Positions 18,940 through 28,193 of a stretch of DNA of 64,000 nt are shown piece after piece. Position 1 is the first letter of the stretch. Each line of letters begins with the position of its first letter. A model generated the notes under the pieces. The model did not search any database. It had not been told where the DNA came from and was given only the letters and a program-made list of their open reading frames with translations. Both the position numbers and the translations under genes were made by a program. Source of the DNA: a virus (taxonomy: Duplodnaviria > Caudoviricetes); the IMG/VR virus record IMGVR_UViG_2918982202_000003. The stretch is one strand, 5' to 3'.

Positions 18940-19478
18940 GCGCCGGCTGCCACCATCAGCGCCGGGAATCGCTGGCTGTCGTAGATCTCGCGCATCACGC
19001 GCAGCTTGGTCGGGTCGGCCATGGTCAGCGTCCCGTCGAGTCGCGCGCCCTTGCGCTTCACGCTGCGCAGCAGGAGCCGGAACGGCCCGTGCCCGACGGT
19101 GTCCGGGTCGCTGGCAAGGTAGCCGCGGAAGATCACCACCACGCTCTCGTTCAGCTTGGTCGCCGGTTCGAGGTAGCGGGCCACCTCCCGGTTCACGTTG
19201 TCGATCCAGATGGGCGCCTCGACCCCAAGCTTGCCGATGCGCGGGTACTCGATACCGAAGGGCACCGCCTTGAACAGCACGCGTTGGCCGGCGTTCAGCG
19301 GCGCGCCCTCGTCCAGGCGGAAGGTCTGGTCCTGCGTGTCCATCACGGCCCGGATCGGCGACGGCTGGCCGTTCTCGATGAACTGTGAGTGGATCATCTC
19401 CAGGGTCACCAGCATCCGCTGCGACACGTCCACGGTCGCGGCGGCCTCGGCCCAAGCCTGCGTTGCGGCGATCGGCAT
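18936..19478 (-). CDS. Minor tail protein (DUF1833 / lambda L-like)
   Basis: Position between Dit-like and NlpC/P60 genes; TLEMIHS...IDNV...YDSQRFPAL. Confidence 0.7.
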   Translation of the reverse strand: MPIAATQAWAEAAATVDVSQRMLVTLEMIHSQFIENGQPSPIRAVMDTQDQTFRLDEGAPLNAGQRVLFKAVPFGIEYPRIGKLGVEAPIWIDNVNREVARYLEPATKLNESVVVIFRGYLASDPDTVGHGPFRLLLRSVKRKGARLDGTLTMADPTKLRVMREIYDSQRFPALMVAAGA

Positions 19479-19481
19479 GCG

Positions 19482-19859
19482 TCAGAGGTTCCGGACGTCG
19501 AGCGTGAAGGTGACGCGGGTCTTCGTGATGCCGTGTGGCTCTTCCGCGATGCCCTCGGCGCCGTTGCGGATCTGGACGAGGCGATCTTCGTGCGCGTTTC
19601 GATCCGCGACCCACACCGGCATGGTGAACTCGGCGCTGGCGTCGCCGGTCTGGCGCACAAAGTCGTGGAAGGCACCGAGTTGCGCGGGCGTGAACAGGAT
19701 CGAGACCTGCATCGCCGTGATGCGAAGGGTGAACTGCGGGCGCTGGCGCACCTTGCCCGACTGCATCGGCGAGCGGGCGGGGGCGAGCCCGAGGCTCGAC
19801 ACCTTGTGCGCATCGCGTTGCCCAGCAAAGGGCAGGCGGTTGGGCCACGCAAGGGGCAT
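19482..19859 (-). CDS. Distal tail protein (lambda M-like)
   Basis: MPLAWPNRLP...MQSGKVRQR...F..F...F.MP; follows the tape measure gene. Confidence 0.65.
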   Translation of the reverse strand: MPLAWPNRLPFAGQRDAHKVSSLGLAPARSPMQSGKVRQRPQFTLRITAMQVSILFTPAQLGAFHDFVRQTGDASAEFTMPVWVADRNAHEDRLVQIRNGAEGIAEEPHGITKTRVTFTLDVRNL

Positions 19860-22800
19860 CAGCCGGTCCGCCGCAGACCGTAGGCCCTCAGCGCCTTCTG
19901 CACGTCGGGATCGTTCGCGATGGCGCCTGCAATGGTCTTCCCGATCACGATGGTATCCCGTGGCCCGCGCGGACCCGTGGCGCGCTCGGTTTGCACCGGC
20001 TGTCCCGTCATGTTGATGATGACCGGCGGCTCGGCGGCGATTGTTGCGGCGTTGCCGTTGGCCGCGCCACCCTGCATTGCCACCGGGATGCGCCGCCCGT
20101 CCGGCAACGGCACGTAAGCCTCAGCCATTGATCCCTCGCCGTAGATCGCGGCCTGTGGGGTGTCGGCGATGCCGCCACGAGCATAGGTTCGCAGGGGCAC
20201 CTCACCGAGCGGGGTCATAATGCCGCCGTTGGCGAACAAGCGGACGCCACCGGTGGGGGACGCTGCGCTGGCCGCGCCGCCGCCGAAGATCGAGCCGAGA
20301 AAGCCGCCAATCCCGTTGCCGCTGCCGGAGCCGCCCCCAAATGCCGCACCGATCGCCGAATCCAGTGCCGAGTTGATGAGCTTATCGGCAATCCGGCCTA
20401 AGGCGTTGGTCATGGCGTCGGCCGCCGTGGCGCCGCGGCGCAAGTCGGAGGCAAAGCTCGTCGCGGCGTCGGTGAGCGTATAGCGCGCATCGGCCAGGAT
20501 CGCGTTCTGCCTCGCCTGCTCGACATAGGCCTGCGCTTGGGGCGTGGTGACGTCGCCATAGATGCTGCGGGCGCGGCCGTAGGCGGTCTGGTCGTAGCGG
20601 TCTCGCCCGAGCTGGTCGCGATCAAACTGCAGATCGCGTCCGGCGCGCGTGGAAGCGAGGGCGCGTGAGGCAGCCGCCATCGCCGCCGCGCTGCGCTCAA
20701 CGCTGGCGCGGTACTCGGCCGTGATCTCGATGCCGCTCGCCTGCGCGGCGCTCAGCATCTGCTGCGCCCGGGTGGCCGCGTCATAGGCCTCGCCGTTGCG
20801 ATCGAGATACCGATTGGCGACGTCGATCTTCTGCCGCTCGTCATCGAGAGCGGTGTTCCGCTCCACCTGCGCCTTGATCTGCTGTTCGGCATTTGGCGGA
20901 GGTGTGGTGATATTCCTGACGTAGCCCCTCGTTTCGTCTGGGAGCGTCGAGACATCGCTGCCGCTGGCAAGGAAGCGGTCAGCGCGGCGCGGGCCTGCAT
21001 TGTAAGCCACCAGGGCGGCGGTCTCGTTTCCGTTGTACCGCTGCAGCAGGTCGCGCATCAGGCGCCCCTGCGCGTCAATCGACGCCGCCGGATCGAACGG
21101 ATCATTCAACCCGTATTGCCGAGCCGTGCCCGGCATGAACTGGGCGATGCCCTGCGCGCCCGCTCGCGAGACCGCGCGCGGATTGAACCGGCTCTCCTGA
21201 TAGCCCTGAGCCACCAGCAGATCTGGGTTCACGCCGTACCGGGTGGCTGCGTCGTAGTAGAGGCTCCGATACTGCTCCGGCGCCTGTCCAAGCCCCCGCG
21301 AATAGCGACCGCTGCCGGACGAGGTGTCGTAGACCGCCTGCTGCCGGGCGGTTTCGAGCTCCAGGCGCTGCCGCTCTCGGATGGCGTTGACCTGAAAATC
21401 GCGTAGGAGCGGATCGTTCGGGTCGGCGTTCAGTCCCCGGATTTCGTTCTCAGCGCGCTCGTTGATGCCGGCGACGCGCTGCGCCTGTGGGGAAAAGCCG
21501 ACCGTGCGCAGGGAGAACTGAGCCTCGCGGATCGCATTCGCGAACTGGCTTCCACCCTGCGAAAGCTCCTCGCGGATACGGCGCGCTGAGGCCTCCAGTC
21601 CGTCAGCTGTCCGCCTCGACTCGCCGGTTGGGTCCAGCACCCCGGCGGCAAGCTCGGTCCGGATGCGCGTCGCGCCCTGCTCGATCTGCTTCAGCCGCTC
21701 CTGGGCCGGATTGAACTGCTTCACGAGGTCATCGACCGCCGTGCTGCGCTGCGCGAGATCTGCCTGTCGCGATTGTGCCTGCCGGCGAGCCTGCTGAGCG
21801 AGAAGCGTGTCGAGATATGCGGTCGCCGTACCGACGTCGCGCTCGCCGAGACCGAATGGGAGATAATCCTGGCGGGCTTGGGCGTTTGCGAGCGCCTTCC
21901 GCGCTGTCTCGATCTGCGTTTCGAGATCGCCGCCGGAAATAACTCGATCAACGCTGCGCCCGACCGCATCCCATGCATCCGAGATCGTTCTGCCAGCAGC
22001 GCCTGTTACCTTCGCCCAGCCGCTGGTAAGCTCCGTCGCGTTGGTTAAGCTTCCCTTGTATGCCTCGAACAGAACCCGCTGAGCGCCAAGCCGATCCCCC
22101 TGCGCCGAAAGCGTTTCAATGCTCTCTCTGGTTGCTGCGTCAAGAAATCCGAGCTGTTTGTTGAGCGCATCGGCGCCCTTTACAGGATCAGAAAAGGCTG
22201 CGGCAAGTGCCTTGGTTGCATCCGGCAATTCTTGTCCGGTCGTTGCCGCGTAACTCTTGGCCGTCCCGATGAGGCCGACGTACATCTCGGAGCCAATCCG
22301 ACCCGTGGCAGCGAACTCGCCCGCCATCTCGCGTGCAGACCGGACTGAGACGCTGCCGGCGGCTGCAGCTGCGGGCGCCAGCGCGTTGATTTGTCCCGCG
22401 GTCACGCCCGCAGCGCGCCCCACCCCAGAAAGCTGCTGAGCCAGAGCGGTCTGCGTCGACGCATATGATTGCTGCGCAACTACACCCGCAACCACGACAG
22501 CGGTTAACCCGCCAATGGCTCCACCTACGACACCAATCCGAGATGCAAGGCGCGCCGCAGCGCCGCCCATCCTCTCTGTTGACTCGCCAAATCGGTCGGC
22601 GCCGCGAGAGATCACCTCCTCTTGCAGCGCGCCTGATGCCGTACCGCTGTTCTCACCTTCAGGGCGCGCCTGCTCCCGCTGACCAATCTTCAACTTGTCG
22701 AGAGCACCTTCAATGGTGCCGGCGACGCGATTCCCGATATCGCGCAGGGCCGCGCCGATACCCACTCCGCCCTCACCCATGAACATCGGGGCGATTTGGC

Positions 22801-23377
22801 CTCCCTGTTGCAGCGCGACCGTCAGGGGGTTCATGCCGCCCTGAAGGGACGTGACGACATCAATGCCCTGAAACGTCAGGTTCTGAATCTCATCCGCACG
22901 GAGGCTTCGATTTTGCTGGGAGGCTGAAGCGCTCGGAACGGCTGAGGCCGAAGCCATACGTCTAGCGACGTCTAATCGCTGCGCCGTTGCAGCACCCATC
23001 GCTCCGAGGGCGGCCCAGGCGGCCGTCGCATCGCGTGCCGTGGTGGTGACGCTGTTCAAATCGTCTCGAGTCTCGATCAGCGATCGGTCGAGGCGCACGA
23101 CGTTGGTGGTCGCCGTCGCCGCGCTCGTCCCGACCTCTGAGATGGCACGCCCAGCCCGGCCGCCGGCAGCCTCGACTTGCGCGAGGGCGGCCGTCACGGC
23201 GTTCGTCGCCACCGTGTTTCGGTTCAGCGCCGCGATCAGCGCATCGGCGGCCGTCCGAATCTGCCCGACCTTGCTCTCGCCACGCGCAGCCGCTTCGCCC
23301 ATCTTATCAAGGGCGTTTGCAGCCTCGACGACCGGACGGCTGTCGATCGCAAGAGATAGGGTAGCAAGATCGGTCAT
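19859..23377 (-). CDS. Tape measure protein with a lytic transglycosylase (SLT) domain
   Basis: 1172 aa, Ala-rich helical; QESRFNPRAVSRAGAQGIAQFMPGTA...AYNAG...ETRGYV. Confidence 0.92.
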   Translation of the reverse strand: MTDLATLSLAIDSRPVVEAANALDKMGEAAARGESKVGQIRTAADALIAALNRNTVATNAVTAALAQVEAAGGRAGRAISEVGTSAATATTNVVRLDRSLIETRDDLNSVTTTARDATAAWAALGAMGAATAQRLDVARRMASASAVPSASASQQNRSLRADEIQNLTFQGIDVVTSLQGGMNPLTVALQQGGQIAPMFMGEGGVGIGAALRDIGNRVAGTIEGALDKLKIGQREQARPEGENSGTASGALQEEVISRGADRFGESTERMGGAAARLASRIGVVGGAIGGLTAVVVAGVVAQQSYASTQTALAQQLSGVGRAAGVTAGQINALAPAAAAAGSVSVRSAREMAGEFAATGRIGSEMYVGLIGTAKSYAATTGQELPDATKALAAAFSDPVKGADALNKQLGFLDAATRESIETLSAQGDRLGAQRVLFEAYKGSLTNATELTSGWAKVTGAAGRTISDAWDAVGRSVDRVISGGDLETQIETARKALANAQARQDYLPFGLGERDVGTATAYLDTLLAQQARRQAQSRQADLAQRSTAVDDLVKQFNPAQERLKQIEQGATRIRTELAAGVLDPTGESRRTADGLEASARRIREELSQGGSQFANAIREAQFSLRTVGFSPQAQRVAGINERAENEIRGLNADPNDPLLRDFQVNAIRERQRLELETARQQAVYDTSSGSGRYSRGLGQAPEQYRSLYYDAATRYGVNPDLLVAQGYQESRFNPRAVSRAGAQGIAQFMPGTARQYGLNDPFDPAASIDAQGRLMRDLLQRYNGNETAALVAYNAGPRRADRFLASGSDVSTLPDETRGYVRNITTPPPNAEQQIKAQVERNTALDDERQKIDVANRYLDRNGEAYDAATRAQQMLSAAQASGIEITAEYRASVERSAAAMAAASRALASTRAGRDLQFDRDQLGRDRYDQTAYGRARSIYGDVTTPQAQAYVEQARQNAILADARYTLTDAATSFASDLRRGATAADAMTNALGRIADKLINSALDSAIGAAFGGGSGSGNGIGGFLGSIFGGGAASAASPTGGVRLFANGGIMTPLGEVPLRTYARGGIADTPQAAIYGEGSMAEAYVPLPDGRRIPVAMQGGAANGNAATIAAEPPVIINMTGQPVQTERATGPRGPRDTIVIGKTIAGAIANDPDVQKALRAYGLRRTG

Positions 23378-23822
23378 GCGTCAGGTTCTCTTCATGGCAG
23401 CGGCCATCGCTATGGCAGCAGGCACAGCCTCGGCCGCACCGCCGTCTGCTGACGCTGAGTACGAGCGCCTGCAGGCCTTCTGTCGGAAAGGAGACGTCGG
23501 ACAGGACAGGATCACGGGCTGCATGTTCGACAGGGTTGACCGATTAAGGAAGGACCTCGCCGGGGCCGTTCGGAAGAAGCTGTTCGAGATCAGCGAAGTG
23601 GAGAAGGAAGAGGCCGGCCCAGGTGTCCTTAGTGGAAAGGAGGATGCGGATCGGTGGCGGACCGCCTTCGAATTGGAGCAGTCGGCATGGGCGAACTATG
23701 AGCGCGCGCGATGCAAGAACATCCTCGACTTTGAGCGCTATGGCGGTAGCGGCGCTGGACAGGCCCAGGCGGCGTGCTCGATCAGACTGATCCTGCGCCG
23801 CATCCATGAACTGCGCGAGTAG
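23376..23822 (+). CDS. Secreted LprI/DUF1311-like lysozyme-inhibitor protein, antisense moron
   Basis: Signal peptide; EQSAWANYERARC...GGSG...AC...RRIHEL with four Cys. Confidence 0.65.
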   Translation: MRQVLFMAAAIAMAAGTASAAPPSADAEYERLQAFCRKGDVGQDRITGCMFDRVDRLRKDLAGAVRKKLFEISEVEKEEAGPGVLSGKEDADRWRTAFELEQSAWANYERARCKNILDFERYGGSGAGQAQAACSIRLILRRIHELRE

Positions 23823-23825
23823 ACG

Positions 23826-24248
23826 CTAAGCGTCCCGCACGTCCCCAAACCCGTCCAGCATCCGCTCGACCGCGCTTGCGTTGCTGAACGACACGACGTG
23901 CCGCGGCGCCTCGCCATTCGGCCCCTGGGGGCGTCCGTCATCCTCGTCCCGTTGCTGCCCCCACACCTCGCGGCGGGCGCTGTCCATCGCCATCAGCGCC
24001 TCGACCTCCCAGGGAGCGAGAGCCTGATTGGCAAGCCGGGTCCAGGCCTCGACCTCGGCATAGGTGAAGGCCTGTGCCCCGCCCATGCCGCCCTGACGGG
24101 TGCGCTCGATCGCCCAGAACGCCGCCCAGGCGCCTTCCCCAAGGGGCGGGAAGCGGTGGGCGGCAGCATCGGTGATGCGGCCTGCGGCCTGGTCCAGGGT
24201 GACCCTGCGCACGGCGGCGCAGAGCCGTTGGATCAGACCTTGCCGAAG
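23826..24248 (-). CDS. Tail assembly chaperone, C-terminal (T) part, reached by -1 frameshift
   Basis: Open in the -1 frame from the slippery site at 24254-24248; EVEAW...PWEVEALMAMD motif. Confidence 0.75.
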   Translation of the reverse strand, partial: LRQGLIQRLCAAVRRVTLDQAAGRITDAAAHRFPPLGEGAWAAFWAIERTRQGGMGGAQAFTYAEVEAWTRLANQALAPWEVEALMAMDSARREVWGQQRDEDDGRPQGPNGEAPRHVVSFSNASAVERMLDGFGDVRDA

Positions 24249-24658
24249 TTTCCCCGGTTGGCCGTGTAGGCGAGCACCTGATCCGCGAGCCAGGGATAGG
24301 CCTTCAGCACTTCGACGGCGGCTTCCGGCGAGTAATCGACGGGCTCACCCTTCAGGGCGATGCCGGACCAGCCGGTGATCGCGGCGGCGGCGGACCGGGC
24401 CCGGCCCAGGATCAGCGCGTCGTCCTCGTCGGTGGGCTCGCGCTCCATCTCGCGGGCGGCAGCGTCGCGGATCCGACGCAGCGCGACCCGGTAGGCGCGG
24501 GCGTCGGCGCCGTAGACCTGCAGCGTGGCGCCGGTCTTCTCGCCGGTGCGCGGGTTGGCGACGGGCATGGCCGCGCCGCGCTCCGCCTCGCTCTGCAGGT
24601 CGAACTCGGCAAGGTCCAGCATGGCGGGCGGGGCGCTCTCGGTGGCGGGTTTGGTCAT
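24233..24658 (-). CDS. Tail assembly chaperone (G-like)
   Basis: ITGWSGI...YSPEAA...YPWLADQV; ends with in-frame G-GGA-AAC. Confidence 0.8.
   Translation of the reverse strand: MTKPATESAPPAMLDLAEFDLQSEAERGAAMPVANPRTGEKTGATLQVYGADARAYRVALRRIRDAAAREMEREPTDEDDALILGRARSAAAAITGWSGIALKGEPVDYSPEAAVEVLKAYPWLADQVLAYTANRGNFGKV
24248..24254 (-). promoter_or_regulatory. Programmed -1 ribosomal frameshift heptamer GGGAAAC
   Basis: Phased X-XXY-YYZ (CGG GGA AAC); a -1 shift gives LRQGLIQRLCAAVRRVTLDQ... with no stop. Confidence 0.8.
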
Positions 24659-24675
24659 GGGGTGCGCAGGGCTCC

Positions 24676-25155
24676 TCAGGTCGCGGCGACGCGGAAGATC
24701 GGCGTGTTGATGCCCACGCTGATCGTCATGGTGACGGGGTTGTTAGCGGCGCCGACGCTCTCGCGGCAGGACATGACCTGCCCCGCGAAGTAGCGCTTGC
24801 CGTTGGTGCCGCCGGTCGTCTTCTTGTTCGGAAGCTCGACGTAGAAGGCGTAGTCGAAGGGCTGAGCTTCGGCCGCGAGCGCGGCGTCCTGGCCGGGGTC
24901 GCCCTCCTTGCGATCGACGACGAAGCCCGGCGTGCCGGCGTCGCGGGTGCCCTTGGCCTTCAGCGTGCGGTTGGCGCCGAGTTGGTTGGAAGTGATGGCG
25001 GCCGACTCGTCGCCGAACGCCGCGAGATCCTTCAGGCCCTTCACTTCGGTGAAGCCCGTCAGGCCGGAGAGGTCGGTCGCGTCGTCGATCTCGTCGATGT
25101 TGATCACGGGTCCGATGAAGAGCTTGGAGCCGTTGGAGGGGGTGAATCCGGCCAT
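24676..25155 (-). CDS. Major tail tube protein
   Basis: FTEVKGLKDLAAFGDES...KGTRDAG...YFAGQV; canonical position. Confidence 0.85.
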   Translation of the reverse strand: MAGFTPSNGSKLFIGPVINIDEIDDATDLSGLTGFTEVKGLKDLAAFGDESAAITSNQLGANRTLKAKGTRDAGTPGFVVDRKEGDPGQDAALAAEAQPFDYAFYVELPNKKTTGGTNGKRYFAGQVMSCRESVGAANNPVTMTISVGINTPIFRVAAT

Positions 25156-25230
25156 CGCGGTATCCTTTCGGGCAGGGCTGGAAACCGCGCTGAGGCGGCG
25201 GGTACGGGCGAGGCCCGGATCGGTGAAGGG

Positions 25231-25692
25231 TCAGGCGTCGGCGGCGATGCCGGCGCGCCAGCGGATCGTGACCGGGATCTGCACGAGGTCGCTCTCCTGA
25301 AGCGGACCGGCGACGGTCGGCAGGACATCGATGCGGACGACGATGCCGTTGCGCTCGAACGCCCGACCCGGCGGAAAGGCGTCGACGATCAGGGCGGCGG
25401 CCTCGAGCGGCTTCACGATGCCGTCGCCTGAGGGCCAGAACACCGAGACCTGAAGCAGGCCGATATGCGTCTCGTCGCTGTCGAAGGGCAGCCCGTCGAG
25501 GCTGGCGCCGTTCGGCATGTAGGTGACCGACAGGTACTCTTTCCGCTTGCCGCCGGCGCCCTTGGGCGGGGTGAAGCCGACGTTCGGGAGAGCGATGCCT
25601 GTCTTGGCCGGGAAGCCCGCCGCCTCGCCGGCTGCGACCGCCGCCGCCATCAGCGCGTCGTAGATCTTCGCTTCGGCGCCCGTCACCGGCAT
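25231..25692 (-). CDS. Tail terminator protein
   Basis: IALPNVGFTPP...GLLQVSVFWP...IPVTIRWRA; upstream of the tube gene. Confidence 0.75.
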   Translation of the reverse strand: MPVTGAEAKIYDALMAAAVAAGEAAGFPAKTGIALPNVGFTPPKGAGGKRKEYLSVTYMPNGASLDGLPFDSDETHIGLLQVSVFWPSGDGIVKPLEAAALIVDAFPPGRAFERNGIVVRIDVLPTVAGPLQESDLVQIPVTIRWRAGIAADA

Positions 25693-25710
25693 GTGCTACC
25701 GTCCTTCGCG

Positions 25711-25926
25711 ATGACTGAATCGCTGCGCCCGCTGACCGACAATGAGGTGCATGACCGCCTCGTAGCGGCAGTCGAAGCACTGGGTACTCGGCCCGGAGCG
25801 ACCGTCCGTGGCGACACCTCCCTCTTGGCCGCCCGCCGGGCCCTCTCCCTGTTCCAGCTGGCCCTTCTGATGGCCGTCGAGCAGGAAAGTGACGAGATGC
25901 CCGCCTATCGGCCGCCGGGTGCCTGA
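25711..25926 (+). CDS. Small antisense hypothetical protein
   Basis: 71-aa helical ORF filling the gap between two late genes on the opposite strand. Confidence 0.5.
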   Translation: MTESLRPLTDNEVHDRLVAAVEALGTRPGATVRGDTSLLAARRALSLFQLALLMAVEQESDEMPAYRPPGA

Positions 25927-26375
25927 CGCGCCTCGACCCGGCCCTGCAGCTCGGCGCTGACCTGCGCAACGATCGTGGGCCACCGCTGCGCTGCCATGGT
26001 GACCCACTGGCGGCCCGGCCGGCCCTCGCGCCCGTAGTGCACGAACCCCGCATAGTTGGCCGTGTACGAGGCGAAGAGCGTGTCGCCGATGCCGGCCCCG
26101 GCGAGCACGAGCGAGGCTGCGGTCGGGTTGTAAGCGTAGGTTTTGGCGTCGTCCGGCCGGCCCGCGCCCATCGGTAGCGGCGCGTCCTTCGTGATCCGCA
26201 GCGATGCCCGCAGGAAGCCGGTGTCGACCGGCATGTTGCCGCCCTGCGCGACAGGCGTCTGCATTTCGGTGATGACCCGCTGCGCGCTCTCGCGGAACAC
26301 CGCCTCCATCCGGCGCTGGGTCTGGCGCACAAAGTCGTTGACCTGGGCGGCGAAGCTGACTGTCTGGACCGCCAT
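25905..26375 (-). CDS. HK97 gp10-like neck/tail completion protein
   Basis: PVDTGFLRAS, YAGFVHYG, QRWPTIV motifs. Confidence 0.8.
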   Translation of the reverse strand: MAVQTVSFAAQVNDFVRQTQRRMEAVFRESAQRVITEMQTPVAQGGNMPVDTGFLRASLRITKDAPLPMGAGRPDDAKTYAYNPTAASLVLAGAGIGDTLFASYTANYAGFVHYGREGRPGRQWVTMAAQRWPTIVAQVSAELQGRVEARQAPGGR

Positions 26376-27388
26376 CAGTCGACGTTCGCTAGGAAATCGA
26401 TCCGGTACTCGCACCAGCACCGGCACTGGATGATTTCGGCCGCCGGGGCGCGGGCGTCGCCTGGGTAGCGCAGACGAGCACCAGATGGGCTGGCGAAGGA
26501 CTGCGTGAAGCCGACCGATTCCCCGTTCAGGATCCTGTGGGTGTCGCGGACGCGGCGGTCGCCAGCCGAGTGCCAGATTTTGCGCACGTCGCGGGCATCG
26601 ACCTGACCCGCGGCAATCGCCTGCCGGAAGCTCTCGTCCTGCGCCTGATGGAGCGCCGCCATCGCCTCGGTTCGGCCGATTGCCTCTCCTCGGTAGCGGA
26701 GCGCCCTGTTGCGATAGGCAGCCACCATCTTCGCGAGCGTCTCGGCCGGGATCGGCGTGCCCTCGCGGATCGCCTTCGCCACGGTGCGGTCGAACCGCTT
26801 ATCGCGCAGGGTGCGGGTCAACGCCTTCGGATCGCCGGCAGCCAACTCGGCCTCATAGTTCCTGACCCACGCCTCCTGGGTTGCCGTGAGCCCGATCGCG
26901 CCGCCCTCGCGCCGCCGGGTCGTCGCGTTGATCCGGCCGACAAGGTCGAGCGCCACGGTGCGCGGATTGCGGCCCGCCCCCATACCAGCGGTGAGTGCCG
27001 CGCGGATCATCGAGCGCTGATCCTCAACGATGTCGCTCACCAAGGTGGCGGAGTGGCTGCGCAGCCAGTTCTCGGCCTCAGGGTTGCGGGCGTTGAACAG
27101 GATGTCGAGCCGGTGCCCGACCGCCGTGCGCGAAGCCGGGATTTTGGTCGTGGTCGCGTTGCCGCCTGCCTCGAACGCCTGCGCGACCGCCACATCGAGG
27201 CTGCGGAAGGCGGACGGGTCGAGCCCAACGGCCCGCAGCGCGCCGTCGACGTCGCCGCGCTCGAGCATCGTCGCGATCTGGCCGATCTGCGCGCGGTCGC
27301 GGATGAGGGCGATCGCTTCGAGGAACGCTCGCGCCAGCCGGGGCGCCCATGCCTCGACCAGGGCACCGATATCGGGACCGGAGGCCAT
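26375..27388 (-). CDS. MuF/gpF-like minor head protein
   Basis: EAIGRTEAM...KIWHSAGDRRVRDTHRILNGE...YPGD...IIQCRC. Confidence 0.88.
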   Translation of the reverse strand: MASGPDIGALVEAWAPRLARAFLEAIALIRDRAQIGQIATMLERGDVDGALRAVGLDPSAFRSLDVAVAQAFEAGGNATTTKIPASRTAVGHRLDILFNARNPEAENWLRSHSATLVSDIVEDQRSMIRAALTAGMGAGRNPRTVALDLVGRINATTRRREGGAIGLTATQEAWVRNYEAELAAGDPKALTRTLRDKRFDRTVAKAIREGTPIPAETLAKMVAAYRNRALRYRGEAIGRTEAMAALHQAQDESFRQAIAAGQVDARDVRKIWHSAGDRRVRDTHRILNGESVGFTQSFASPSGARLRYPGDARAPAAEIIQCRCWCEYRIDFLANVD

Positions 27389-27825
27389 CAGCGCGAGATG
27401 GTCCGGACTTCGCCGAAGGCGTTCGGCCCGTGCGCCAGCGCGGCCTGTATCGCCTGGGCTGCCGTCGCTCCCATGAAGAGCGCGCCGAATGCCGTGACGG
27501 CCGCCGCCCCAATCGCGAAGTACGGCGCGTCGTAGCTCTCCACGCCGTGGGCGGTGACGAGTTCTACCGGACCGCCCGGCCGCACGCGCAGGACGATGAA
27601 CGAACTGTCGTCGTCGCCCTTGCTGCGCGGGCCGGGCATGTCGCCCTGCTCGCCCTCATCAACCCACCGAAGGAATGCCTCGCTCTCGGCTGCACTGCCA
27701 GCGCAACCATAGAGCGCGCCGTCCGCGCCGCGAGCCAGCTTCCGCGCCCAGCCATGCGACGCCTCGCCGTACCAAGCGCCGCTATCGGCTGCCATGGTGC
27801 CGTTGCGATAGGCGATGACCGTCAT
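27388..27825 (-). CDS. Ntn-hydrolase / proteasome-beta (HslV-like) fold protein
   Basis: M-T1-V-I-A...AADS...ARKL...GCAG...AIGAA...GALFMGATA; coupled to both neighbours. Confidence 0.6.
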   Translation of the reverse strand: MTVIAYRNGTMAADSGAWYGEASHGWARKLARGADGALYGCAGSAAESEAFLRWVDEGEQGDMPGPRSKGDDDSSFIVLRVRPGGPVELVTAHGVESYDAPYFAIGAAAVTAFGALFMGATAAQAIQAALAHGPNAFGEVRTISR

Positions 27826-28193
27826 GCTCTGCACCTCAGCACCCACGTTGCATTCGCCGGGTCGCTCGTGACCGCCGGCTGCGAACCGCCCTCCGAGACC
27901 ACGGTGAGTGTGATGCCCTCCAGCACGATCCTGTCACCCTCCACCGGCTCCACACCGAGCGTCGCGGCGAGCACGAGGATCTTCCAATCCTTGCCGGTCA
28001 CGAGGCCGCCCGAGCGGTAGGAGGCGCCCCACTCGTCGTGAATGGCCCGGCACGGGTAGCGTTGCTCGCTCGGTACGCCGGGGTTCCACGGGCTGTCGCC
28101 ATCGGCCGCGGCGCTGCGGATCAGCGTCGCCTCGCGGAAGTCGTCGCCCAGCGCGTCGGCCAGGATCTCAGGCAGGTCGTCGAGGAAGGACAT
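27822..28193 (-). CDS. Head closure / head-tail adaptor
   Basis: PWNP...GDRI...DPANATW; canonical position. Confidence 0.7.
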   Translation of the reverse strand: MSFLDDLPEILADALGDDFREATLIRSAAADGDSPWNPGVPSEQRYPCRAIHDEWGASYRSGGLVTGKDWKILVLAATLGVEPVEGDRIVLEGITLTVVSEGGSQPAVTSDPANATWVLRCRA

